From positions 23,441 through 87,440 of the forward strand of contig JBAXVE010000002.1 in assembly GCA_037129245.1 (NCBI GenBank): 64,000 nt of DNA, given 5' to 3'. The notes beneath the pieces are model-generated. The model saw only the letters and a program-made list of their open reading frames with translations, did not search any database and was not told the origin of the DNA. A program made the translations under genes and the position numbers. The stretch is from Desulfuromonadales bacterium (GTDB taxonomy: Bacteria; Desulfobacterota; Desulfuromonadia; Geobacterales; Pseudopelobacteraceae). This document shows, one piece after another, positions 27,066 to 35,830 of this stretch (its first letter is position 1; each line of letters opens with the position of its first letter).

Positions 27066-27935
27066 CTAAACGATGATGCGGGCAAAATTCCCCAGTGTTG
27101 TTATTCTGGCCGGTCCATAGCCGACAAAGTCGCCGTCAACCTGAATCGGCTTGCTGCCGTCGATGGTGACTTCCGCAGCGGAGAGACGGATCAGCCCGCT
27201 CCCGGCCACATTCGTGCCACAAAAAAGGTCGAAGGTGATGCCTGCGTATGACCGGCGGCGGTTTCCGGTGATGCAGACCGCCGTGAGTCCCTCCTCGAAC
27301 AGGGAACTTTCGGGGGCGAGTATAAAGTTGCCGGCGTAGCGGCCGGCGTTGCAGACAATCAGGGAGTGGCAGGTTACGGCGGTCCCTCCGGCGACGGCGC
27401 CGAAGGTTGATGAATCCCATGACAGCAGCGTGCGGGCCACCGACAGGGCATATCCACCCTGGCGCAGATATTTTTTCCAGAGCGGTACCACATTTCTGAC
27501 CGCCGCTCCGTCGAGACCGATTCCGGCCATCAGCACAAAACGGTGACTGCTGCCGTCTGCCAGTTCAATTACGCCGAGCGACAACGGGCGGCTCTTTCCG
27601 GCCGCGATCCGCGCGATACCGTCGTCCAGCGAACGGATGCCGAGTTCGGCTGCCAGCACATTCGAGGTTCCCAGCGGCAGAACGGCCAGGGTCGCGCTTC
27701 CCGGCTCGAGAGCGTTGACCGTGGCATTGAAGGTCCCGTCACCGCCGGCGACAACCACGAGATGCTGCTGCGAATCCCGGTTGATTGTCTGGCAGTTCGC
27801 ACGGATTTCATCCGGATTTCTCACTTCAAGTACCTGCAGCGCCAAACCTTCGGATCGCAGTCGCTCCACAATGCGCAAACGTTTTTCGGACGAATGACTC
27901 CCCGAAGAGGGGTTGATAAAAAGATAGGTATTCAT
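27066..27935 (-). CDS. diacylglycerol-kinase-family lipid kinase (YegS/BmrU-like)
   Basis: The DAGK catalytic domain shows FINPSSG..., VVVAGGDGTFN and LPLGTSN. The ATG overlaps the upstream stop (ATGA at 27932-27935). Confidence 0.8.
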   Translation of the reverse strand: MNTYLFINPSSGSHSSEKRLRIVERLRSEGLALQVLEVRNPDEIRANCQTINRDSQQHLVVVAGGDGTFNATVNALEPGSATLAVLPLGTSNVLAAELGIRSLDDGIARIAAGKSRPLSLGVIELADGSSHRFVLMAGIGLDGAAVRNVVPLWKKYLRQGGYALSVARTLLSWDSSTFGAVAGGTAVTCHSLIVCNAGRYAGNFILAPESSLFEEGLTAVCITGNRRRSYAGITFDLFCGTNVAGSGLIRLSAAEVTIDGSKPIQVDGDFVGYGPARITTLGNFARIIV

Positions 27936-29770
27936 TTCCCGCGCTTCCTGCGGTAGTAGGCCCGGTACCACGAAGATGTCTTTTTATACAGGCTGAACAG
28001 GCTCTCCTCCGGGAACATGTTCACGCGGAACAGGGCAAAACGGTCGTCTTCGATAACTATGCCGCCGCTGTCGGTGGCGATTCCGAAATCGAAACCGCAC
28101 TGCCTGACCAGTTCCCTGATGCGCCGATCATATCTGCCGAACGGGTAGGCAAACGATATGACCCCGGTCTGCATGACCTCCTCGATGCAATTCTTGCTCT
28201 CGCTGATTTCATACAGTGCCGTCTGATCATCAAGCTGCGTCAGATCGGGATGGGTAAGAGTGTGGGCACCGATTTCCCAGCCGGCATCCAGAAAAGCCCG
28301 TTTCTGATCGGTGTTCATCAGCCTGTTTGCCTGCGGATCCTCCCCCTCGTCCCAGAAATTTCCATCCGCCGAGAAATCCCCCAGAATGAACAGCACACCA
28401 CGGAATCCATATTTAACGGCGAGCGGCAGCATGTTGTGGAAATTGTCCCGGTAGCCGTCGTCGAAAGTCAGTATGAACGGCTTGCGGGGGAATTTCTCCG
28501 GCGGCAGGTCACCATTCGCAAAAGCCTGATACTCCTTAAGGGTTATGGATTGCATTCTCCTCTGCACAAAGAAACGCAACTGCTTCTCGAAATTACCGGT
28601 AGTCACGAAGGTCTTGTGTCGGGTCACCGGGGGGGTGTCAGGAACCCGGTGGTACAACAGTATCGGGATCGGTTTCGGGGAGAGCCGTCCCATGACGGCC
28701 GACCTGTAGATGCCGATGATATTCTGCATAATGGTGTCGAGATCATACTGGGCCTGCAGGCCGGCTGCGGGAGCCGGCTGCAGAGTGCCCTGCAGGAACG
28801 ATCCCAGTTCGCCCGCTATGGCTGCAGTATCCGGAGTGAACGGGCTTTTAACGGAAAGAATGTCGCCGAAATTGCTCCCGATGGCTGCCACCAGATTATC
28901 CGGAGTTATCAGGCCGTGGCAGCAGGCCTCTCCCAGGGCATACAGCGGGGTGCCCAGGGCCAGTGCCTCCAATGCGACCCGCCCGGCGCCGATTACCAGG
29001 TCAGAATCGGCCATCAGTTGCAGAGGCTGACTGGTGAAGCCGACGAAACGGATCCGTTCGCCGTACAGGCTACAGAGGTTTGCAAATGCCTTCTTGCCGG
29101 CCTGCGGAAATGAATCCCATTCGCCGCCTGCCATCTGCAGGGAGAGGCGGGGGAACTTTTCCAAGAGAAGCGGGAAAACGTACTGCACCAGCAGGGAGAA
29201 ATGCTCCCCCTTGGGGCCGTTGAAACGACCAACCACTGAAATCAGCACCTGACCGTCATCTGGTCGCGTTCTGCGAATCTGTTTCAGACGCTCGAAATCG
29301 AGCGGGTTGGGCAGAAATTCCAGTTTATTCTGATCAATACCGATCTCCTGCTGCAGATGTTCGACAAGATTCGGGCAGATGGCGATGACCCTGTCACCGT
29401 AGACTCTGGCGGACTTCAGCCGGGAGTGCTTGACCTGCCGTCCGTGAATTGTTGAGACCAGCGGTACGCGGGTTCCGCGCACGGCATGGCTGGAGACCCA
29501 GCTGGCCGCCCGCGAATGGGCATGGACAACGCTGATATTGCGTTCGCGGATCAGGCGGCGGAGAAAAAGGATATTGCGGAAGCGTTGCACCAGTGACCGG
29601 TCGGAAATCGGAAGTGTCAGACAGGTGAAACTGTCGGACAGTCCGGCCTGATCGGTGACCATGAACACCTCGTGCCCGTCAGCGCTCTGTCGCTCCGCCA
29701 GCTGGATGGCGTAGGCCACGGAACCGGCAAAGAAATTTGATGACAGGACATGAAGAATTCTGAGAGGCAT
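27932..29770 (-). CDS. bifunctional GT4 glycosyltransferase / CE4 polysaccharide deacetylase fusion
   Basis: The N-terminal half is GT4 (MPLRILHVLSS...; EX7E-like EALALGTPLYALGE). The C-terminal half is a NodB domain with all three metal/catalytic motifs: TFDDGYRDN, GAHTLTHPDL and FAYPFGRYD. Confidence 0.8.
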   Translation of the reverse strand: MPLRILHVLSSNFFAGSVAYAIQLAERQSADGHEVFMVTDQAGLSDSFTCLTLPISDRSLVQRFRNILFLRRLIRERNISVVHAHSRAASWVSSHAVRGTRVPLVSTIHGRQVKHSRLKSARVYGDRVIAICPNLVEHLQQEIGIDQNKLEFLPNPLDFERLKQIRRTRPDDGQVLISVVGRFNGPKGEHFSLLVQYVFPLLLEKFPRLSLQMAGGEWDSFPQAGKKAFANLCSLYGERIRFVGFTSQPLQLMADSDLVIGAGRVALEALALGTPLYALGEACCHGLITPDNLVAAIGSNFGDILSVKSPFTPDTAAIAGELGSFLQGTLQPAPAAGLQAQYDLDTIMQNIIGIYRSAVMGRLSPKPIPILLYHRVPDTPPVTRHKTFVTTGNFEKQLRFFVQRRMQSITLKEYQAFANGDLPPEKFPRKPFILTFDDGYRDNFHNMLPLAVKYGFRGVLFILGDFSADGNFWDEGEDPQANRLMNTDQKRAFLDAGWEIGAHTLTHPDLTQLDDQTALYEISESKNCIEEVMQTGVISFAYPFGRYDRRIRELVRQCGFDFGIATDSGGIVIEDDRFALFRVNMFPEESLFSLYKKTSSWYRAYYRRKRGK

Positions 29771-29774
29771 GGTT

Positions 29775-30818
29775 CTACTTTCCGTTAAAGGTCGCTGGAA
29801 TTGATGACTCGAACGTGCCCGAAAGCTGCTCAAGTTTGCTTAGTACATCCGCCGGAGATATGCTTTCGATGCATTCGCAGCGTGTTTCGTGGCGGCAGCG
29901 GCTGCAGGTCCTGTCTGCGACGAGATACGTCGCACGTGGGCCAAGCGGCGCCCAGCGACCGGGATGAATCGGCCGCATCGGAGCATAGAGACCGACCGTT
30001 ACCCTGCCGAGTGCGGCGGAAATGTGCAGCGGCCCGGTGCTTGCGGCCACCAGGCCGTCAACAGCTCCGATGAAGGCGATAAACTGGTCAAGCGGCAGTT
30101 TTCCGGTCATGTCATGGACACGCGCCCCGAGCTCCTCGAACAGTGGTCTGAGTCGCATCCCCTCTTCGGCAGTGCCGGTAACGAAAACCTCGTAGCGGTC
30201 AGGCGGTAGCAGACGAACCAGGTTACAAAAGTTGCTGAATCCCCATTCGCGGGCGCTCCCCTTCGATGTGGGATGTAGAATAAGATTGAATTTATCGGGG
30301 TGAAGCAGTGATGCTAATGCCTCGTCAAGTTTCACCGGTCGGTTCAACCCTGTGAGGGATGCCAGTTCGTCAAGTGCAGGAGTTCTCTTGATCCCCAGCG
30401 GCCTGAGCAACAGGCTGTTCAGCTGCGCCTCGTGCAGCGGCGACCGTTTGCGCCCCAGATGAACCAGTCGGTTGCAGTACATCCAGTGGCGGAAGCGGTG
30501 TGATGTGCCGATGCGAACCGGAATTCCGCTCTGCCAGGCGAGACGGGCCAGCTCCTTATCAGGGAACACATGAACGATCGCATCAGCCTGCAGCTTCCTG
30601 AAAAACTCGACCCTTTCGCGGGGTGAGCGGTCTGAAATTCCGTCCCTGTCGAGGAACTCATCCACGTGCTCGCAGGCGGCGACAACCGGCGCGGTGTAGG
30701 ACCGCCCGATCAAGCATATCTTCAAACCGGGGTACGCCTGTTTCATCAGCCCCGCAATCGGCAGGGTCAGAACAACATCTCCGATGCCGTCGGTGCGGCA
30801 TATAATCAGCTTTTTCAT
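29775..30818 (-). CDS. glycosyltransferase family 9 (heptosyltransferase-like)
   Basis: The N-terminal KKLIICRTDGIGDVVLTLP and the C-terminal GPLHISAALG block are present. Start is at the internal ATG overlapping the upstream stop by 1 nt. Confidence 0.8.
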   Translation of the reverse strand: MKKLIICRTDGIGDVVLTLPIAGLMKQAYPGLKICLIGRSYTAPVVAACEHVDEFLDRDGISDRSPRERVEFFRKLQADAIVHVFPDKELARLAWQSGIPVRIGTSHRFRHWMYCNRLVHLGRKRSPLHEAQLNSLLLRPLGIKRTPALDELASLTGLNRPVKLDEALASLLHPDKFNLILHPTSKGSAREWGFSNFCNLVRLLPPDRYEVFVTGTAEEGMRLRPLFEELGARVHDMTGKLPLDQFIAFIGAVDGLVAASTGPLHISAALGRVTVGLYAPMRPIHPGRWAPLGPRATYLVADRTCSRCRHETRCECIESISPADVLSKLEQLSGTFESSIPATFNGK

Positions 30819-31585
30819 CACGCTGACGGAGTCCTGGCAGAGAACAGGTCGCGGATTTTTGCGTATTTGACGAAGTTGGCACAGGCCGAGAGAACGCAGA
30901 TTACCAGGCCGTGATAACCGTCGAGAATTCCGAGCCGGATGAAATACTGACGGATAAAGCACCAGATCGGGTTCATAACGAGCGTAGCCAATCCGGCGCG
31001 GTTTCCTTTGTTGAAGTGCACCTGCGCCATAATGGTGGTGAATTTTTTTATCTGGTCGAGGTGCTGATCGATCGAATCGTAGGAGTAGTGCAGCAGATCT
31101 CCGCTGAGGTGCTGCGGGCTGCTGCCGTCGTGCAGTTCGAAACGCTCATGGATGGTGTCCCCGACCCAGCGCCCCTTTCGTCTGTCAAAAAGACGAAGTT
31201 TCCGGTCCGGGTACCAGCCGCAGTGCCGTATCCAGCTTCCGCAGTAATTCGTCAGGCGGTTGAATGAATAGCCGTCGCAGTTCCAGTTGGTTCTGACGGT
31301 CATGATTGACGCCTTGAGCTCTTCGGAGAGGACTTCATCTGCATCAAGCGACAGGATCTGGTGATGGGAAGCGTATTCAACAGCCTTGTTCTTCTGCTCG
31401 ACGTAGCCGAGGAACGGCTGACTGATAAATGTCGCCCCGAGCTGACGGCAGATCTCCTCGGTCTGATCGGTCGACAGCGAGTCCAGCACGATAATTTCAT
31501 CTGCAAGGCCGGATACCGAACGGAGGCAGCGCTCGATATTCCGTTCCTCGTTGAAGGTTATGATAACGACGGAAACGGGTACCAT
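30818..31585 (-). CDS. glycosyltransferase family 2, LPS core type (KdtX/WaaE-like)
   Basis: VSVVIITFNEERNIERCL...IIVLDSLSTDQT...LSLDADE shows the GT2 DxD/DAD motifs. Upstream in-frame starts (31639, 31654) would overlap the preceding gene. Confidence 0.75.
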   Translation of the reverse strand: MVPVSVVIITFNEERNIERCLRSVSGLADEIIVLDSLSTDQTEEICRQLGATFISQPFLGYVEQKNKAVEYASHHQILSLDADEVLSEELKASIMTVRTNWNCDGYSFNRLTNYCGSWIRHCGWYPDRKLRLFDRRKGRWVGDTIHERFELHDGSSPQHLSGDLLHYSYDSIDQHLDQIKKFTTIMAQVHFNKGNRAGLATLVMNPIWCFIRQYFIRLGILDGYHGLVICVLSACANFVKYAKIRDLFSARTPSA

Positions 31586-31622
31586 GCAATCACCGTCCCT
31601 GGCCGTGCCAGGCGGTCCGGGG

Positions 31623-32429
31623 CTACGTCTCGTATTCATCACGTTTCCAGTCATCTGTAAAATGACACATCAAATCGGTCTGCAGCTGAGCCCTGTTCCC
31701 GCCGATTGCCGATTCGCGGGTGTTCAACAACGATTTCCTTTTACCGGTGGGAATCTGAAATTTCTCAATCCCGACCCGGCTGAGGTGTCCGCTGATCCAG
31801 ACGTCGTCGTCATACAACGCCCTGTCGGGAGCGCCGGTACGGTCGAGCAGAATAGTGTGGTCAAGATGATCAGAACGCATAATATACCCGCCGCACCCTT
31901 CTATAATGGCCACTTTCCTGCACCCCGAACGGAGGGCCTTGTCGGAGCCGACGGACTCGGCACGCAGATCTCTGGGCAGCAGGAATCCATTGATGCAGAA
32001 CACCCGCTTCCCGCCGGCTTCCCTGTCGCATCTTACAAGACTCCCGAGGAGTTCGTCGGAATAATACATGTCATCATCGACTACGACAATCATCTCCGAA
32101 CTGCCGCGATACCGTTCCAGCGTTGCAATCAGTTTCGTGGCAGGCCCGCAGTCCTGCTGTTGCCAGTGTACCTCCACCGATTCCATTCCGTGCAAAAAAT
32201 CCGGAATATTGTACCCGCGAAACAAGTCCTCCCCGAGATTTATCTCGATTTTTTTCGGTTTCAGCTTCTGTTTCAAGAGGCTGACGATGGTAGGTTTGAT
32301 CAGCTGAATCCTTCGGGGCACGCTTGTAAGGGAAACCACGGGGCCATCGGGATTGCGCCCCTCCCGGTCGAGTTTTCGCAGATCATACAGACCGTAGCAG
32401 AAATTTCTCACATTCTTGGTAATATTCAC
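31623..32429 (-). CDS. putative GT-A fold glycosyltransferase, family not recognised
   Basis: Contains SLTSVPRRI...IVSLLKQ, an acidic VVVDDDMYY (DXD-like) motif and a second YDDDVW. A GTG start overlaps the upstream stop. GC is lower than in flanking genes by eye. Confidence 0.5.
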   Translation of the reverse strand: MNITKNVRNFCYGLYDLRKLDREGRNPDGPVVSLTSVPRRIQLIKPTIVSLLKQKLKPKKIEINLGEDLFRGYNIPDFLHGMESVEVHWQQQDCGPATKLIATLERYRGSSEMIVVVDDDMYYSDELLGSLVRCDREAGGKRVFCINGFLLPRDLRAESVGSDKALRSGCRKVAIIEGCGGYIMRSDHLDHTILLDRTGAPDRALYDDDVWISGHLSRVGIEKFQIPTGKRKSLLNTRESAIGGNRAQLQTDLMCHFTDDWKRDEYET

Positions 32430-33658
32430 GGGAATGTCCTTGATGTCTCTGACGTCACCGGCAGGCCCTGATTTATGCGGCTACCGGCCAGCAGCAGCCC
32501 CACTAACAGCAGATAACTTCTGAAGGGATAGTACATACTCGGTACAGTTTCGGTAAATCCCTGCAGCAGGAACAGCAGTGCAACCATAAACAGGGCATCG
32601 CCATAGTACGTACCGAGCATTTTTCTTTTCCACACCAGATACAACGGGGCACAGGCCAGGAACAGCAGTGCCGCAAGTCCCGCGATGCCCTTGGTGGCCA
32701 GAGCGTGCAGATACATGCTGTGCGGCTGATTGAAGGTCGTGATGTCGTTTGAAATTTCACCGTGAGCGGCAGCAGCTTTGACTTCCTTTTGCCAGTTGCG
32801 CGGTCCGACGCCTATTAACGGATGATCCCTGAACATCTGCAGGCTGGCCTTCCACATGACAAACCGCCGCCCCAGGCTGGTTGCACTGTCGATGTTGCCG
32901 GAGTAGTAGGCAATATCCCTGCGGGCGTCGTCGATTCTTGCCCGTACCTGTGGAAGGAGCAGTAGTGCAGTTGTTATGACCAGGACGGAGAGGATAACCT
33001 CTCTTTTGCGAACAAACGGGGCACATAATGTCAGCACAACAATTGCTGCAATGATGCTAACCCAGGCTCCACGCGTTTCGCCGGCCATCATTGCCGCAGC
33101 AGTCAGAACAAATGCTGCGGCCGACCAGATTTTAATAGATTTATGAGCGTAAAATATGGCGGCAAACAGGAGAGCCATGGAATAGTTGAAAACGTAGCCG
33201 ATATGTACCGCATTTCTGAATGAGGGGGGTCTGAACACGTCGGTGAAAACATACTGATAGACGGCAGCTGCCGCCACCAGAAGTGTGGATACAACAAAAG
33301 CCGTAATAGCCATGTCGACAATTTTTTTCTTGTCGGTCATCAGGAGAATCATCACACCGATGAACAGCGGAAGTTGACGTACGATGTGCAGTGCATCAGC
33401 CGGTTCGCTAAAATTGAAGAGTGACGATGCGGCATCGGCAAGAAAATATGAGACTACGGCATAGATATAGGCGGAATGATTTTCTGAATACGCTCCACGT
33501 TTGAAGCCGCAGACAAACAACAGCATCAGGACGGCGCTCAGGATTGCTTCTGCCGGTTTGTTGAGCGGTACGGCCAGGGCGTAGAGGACAAGCAGATACA
33601 TGAACAGGGCAGGAGGTGATAATGATAGTTTCGTATCAGGCATGACGTATCCTGTCAC
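32426..33658 (-). CDS. O-antigen ligase family (Wzy_C/WaaL-like) membrane protein
   Basis: Has about 10-12 TM helices, a large loop with GETRGAWVS and a HSMYLH-type motif. GTG 33658 overlaps the upstream stop. An alternative ATG is at 33643. Confidence 0.7.
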   Translation of the reverse strand: MTGYVMPDTKLSLSPPALFMYLLVLYALAVPLNKPAEAILSAVLMLLFVCGFKRGAYSENHSAYIYAVVSYFLADAASSLFNFSEPADALHIVRQLPLFIGVMILLMTDKKKIVDMAITAFVVSTLLVAAAAVYQYVFTDVFRPPSFRNAVHIGYVFNYSMALLFAAIFYAHKSIKIWSAAAFVLTAAAMMAGETRGAWVSIIAAIVVLTLCAPFVRKREVILSVLVITTALLLLPQVRARIDDARRDIAYYSGNIDSATSLGRRFVMWKASLQMFRDHPLIGVGPRNWQKEVKAAAAHGEISNDITTFNQPHSMYLHALATKGIAGLAALLFLACAPLYLVWKRKMLGTYYGDALFMVALLFLLQGFTETVPSMYYPFRSYLLLVGLLLAGSRINQGLPVTSETSRTFP

Positions 33659-34776
33659 ACATTCATGGGAGAATCAGCTGTCATGCATACGTTAACGGCC
33701 GACAGCACATCATCTACCGATATTTCCTGAAGACACGGGCCACTGACGTTTCTGTTGTCGTCGCATCCGGCTCTGCCGCAGGGGACGCATTCCAGATCCT
33801 TCTGAACTACGACGATCTTCCCGTGCCGGAGAATGCCACGCGCGGCCGGGCTTTGCTGGTCATGTGGTCCCTGATTGTCGTACGGAAACCACCGTGTGGT
33901 GAATGTTGGCCCGTACAGGGCTACAACCGGCACCCCGGTGCTGGCCGCCACGTGGGTGATGGCCGTATCAAGGCCGAGGTAGAGATCGGCACGTTTCAGA
34001 AGACCGGCCATCTGATTCAGGTTAAAATCACCGGCGACCGTCAGCGGTTTGTGACGGCACAATCCGATGGCTTTTTGCAGTTGTTCCTTTTCTTCATCCG
34101 ATGGCGACGACGTCCAGACCGGCTGCAGTCCGTACTGCTCGAAAACGTAGTCGCTAACTGCAGCAAAATTTTCAAACTTCCAGTATTTATAGGCCCAGCG
34201 GGCAATCGGGTGCACGACAAAGTACGGTTGCCCCCGGAGCCCCTGTTTTTCGAGTACATCCCTGACTCTGTCGTCATCTTCATCATCCCAGAAAATCCTG
34301 ACATTCAGGCGGTCGTGACGGATACCGAGAGCATCGGCGACGATACTGCAGTTTCGCGCGACGAGTGTGTTCTCGGAGGATTCAAGCGGATGGGTGAGCA
34401 TCAGCCGCTGCCATAAGTTTTTCAGCGGGTTCCCCGCTTTGTAAAACCCGACACGGGTTGTACGCCCTGCCGCAATGACGGCGACATTGATCCGGTCTGA
34501 AGCGCTCATGCCAACGGCCATGTCGTAGCTCCTGAAAATCCCCTTCAGATAGCTGCTGTTTTTCCCGCTTGAGCCGACCTCGTTCCCGTCGGAATAGATT
34601 ACTCTTCGTATGCGCGGATCTTTTTCCAACAGTTCGCCGGTTCCACGGTTTGCCAGGAAATCGATGACTACCCCCGGAAAAGCTTCAGCCAGCAGCCCGA
34701 CCAGGGGGGTTGACAGGATTACATCACCGATAAGGTTGATATTTATTATAAGAATGGATTTCGGAGGCCGGATCAT
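33655..34776 (-). CDS. glycosyltransferase family 9 (heptosyltransferase-like)
   Basis: The N-terminal SILIININLIGDVILSTP and the C-terminal GLDTAITHVAASTGVPVVALYGPT are present. Start at the internal ATG. Confidence 0.8.
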   Translation of the reverse strand: MIRPPKSILIININLIGDVILSTPLVGLLAEAFPGVVIDFLANRGTGELLEKDPRIRRVIYSDGNEVGSSGKNSSYLKGIFRSYDMAVGMSASDRINVAVIAAGRTTRVGFYKAGNPLKNLWQRLMLTHPLESSENTLVARNCSIVADALGIRHDRLNVRIFWDDEDDDRVRDVLEKQGLRGQPYFVVHPIARWAYKYWKFENFAAVSDYVFEQYGLQPVWTSSPSDEEKEQLQKAIGLCRHKPLTVAGDFNLNQMAGLLKRADLYLGLDTAITHVAASTGVPVVALYGPTFTTRWFPYDNQGPHDQQSPAARGILRHGKIVVVQKDLECVPCGRAGCDDNRNVSGPCLQEISVDDVLSAVNVCMTADSPMNV

Positions 34777-34813
34777 CGGCTGACGCCCCCGTTGAAACGC
34801 TGGCGATTTTGCA

Positions 34814-35830
34814 TTAGCGGTAATAACTCCTGTACCAATCTGCAAATCTGGCAAGACCATCCTCAATGGAGGTGGTCGGCCTGAATCCCGTATCACGCAC
34901 AAGGTCGTCTATATCGGCACAGGTGACCGGCAGATCCCCGGGTTGCAGAGGGAGGAGATTTTTGACCGCCTGGCGGCCGAGGCAGCGTTCCAGCACTTCA
35001 ACGAAATGCATAAGTTCCACCGGCCTGTTATTGCCGATATTGTAAATCCGGTAAGGGGCATAACTGCTGCCGGGATCGGGATGTGCCCCGCTCCAGGCCT
35101 GATCAGCCCCCGGAATGACATCCATGACACGCGTCACACCCTCGACAATGTCGTCGATATAGGTAAAGTCCCGCCGCATTTTCCCATAGTTGAAAATATT
35201 GATCGGCTCACCGGAGAGAATCGCCCTGGTGAATAGGAAATAGGCCATGTCCGGGCGTCCCCAGGGACCATACACCGTAAAAAAGCGGAGACCGGTCGTC
35301 GGAATGCCGTAGAGACTTGAGTAGGTGTGAGCCATCAGTTCATTGGCTTTTTTGGTTGCTGCATACAGCGAAAGCGGGTGATCCACGTTGTGATGCACCG
35401 AAAAGGGCATCGACATATTGGCGCCATACACGGAACTCGATGATGCGTACACCAGATGCCTGATAGCATAACTGCGGCACGCCTCCAGGATATTGATGAA
35501 TCCGCTGATGTTGCTGTCAATGTACGCGTAGGGATTGGTCAGCGAATAGCGCACACCGGCCTGGGCAGCCAGATTGACGACCGTGTCGAATTTCTGCTCC
35601 CCAAAGAGGGCATTCAAGGCTTCCCGGTTTTCCAGGCCTATCCCGCAGAAGGAGAAGCGGGGCAGTTTCTCGAGCATGGCCAGCCGGTCCCGCTTCAGCT
35701 GTACGTCGTAATAGTCGTTCAGATTGTCGAGACCGACCACTTGACAACCGTCGGCGAGCAGCCGGGCGCTCAGGTGGTAGCCGATGAAACCGGCCGCTCC
35801 GGTTACCAGTATCCGTTTGAGTTCACTCAT
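34814..35830 (-). CDS. NAD-dependent epimerase, UDP-glucuronate 4-epimerase-like (CapI/LpsL type)
   Basis: ILVTGAAGFIGYHL, GLDNLNDYYDVQLK, YAATKKANE (YxxxK) and FFTVYGPWGRPDMA are present. Confidence 0.8.
   Translation of the reverse strand: MSELKRILVTGAAGFIGYHLSARLLADGCQVVGLDNLNDYYDVQLKRDRLAMLEKLPRFSFCGIGLENREALNALFGEQKFDTVVNLAAQAGVRYSLTNPYAYIDSNISGFINILEACRSYAIRHLVYASSSSVYGANMSMPFSVHHNVDHPLSLYAATKKANELMAHTYSSLYGIPTTGLRFFTVYGPWGRPDMAYFLFTRAILSGEPINIFNYGKMRRDFTYIDDIVEGVTRVMDVIPGADQAWSGAHPDPGSSYAPYRIYNIGNNRPVELMHFVEVLERCLGRQAVKNLLPLQPGDLPVTCADIDDLVRDTGFRPTTSIEDGLARFADWYRSYYR

Noticed and set aside
30202-30209. A GGCGGTAG (ops/JUMPStart) element, which is typical of RfaH-controlled polysaccharide operons.
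   Set aside because: It lies on the plus strand inside a minus-strand GT9 coding region, not in an operon leader, so it is probably a chance occurrence.
31551-32471. A 306-aa plus-strand ORF opposite the orphan GT-A gene. I checked it because the sense call there is the weakest in the LPS locus.
   Set aside because: The minus-strand ORF fits the operon: start and stop overlap both neighbours, and DXD motifs are present. The plus-strand product has no motifs and would run against ten co-directional genes.
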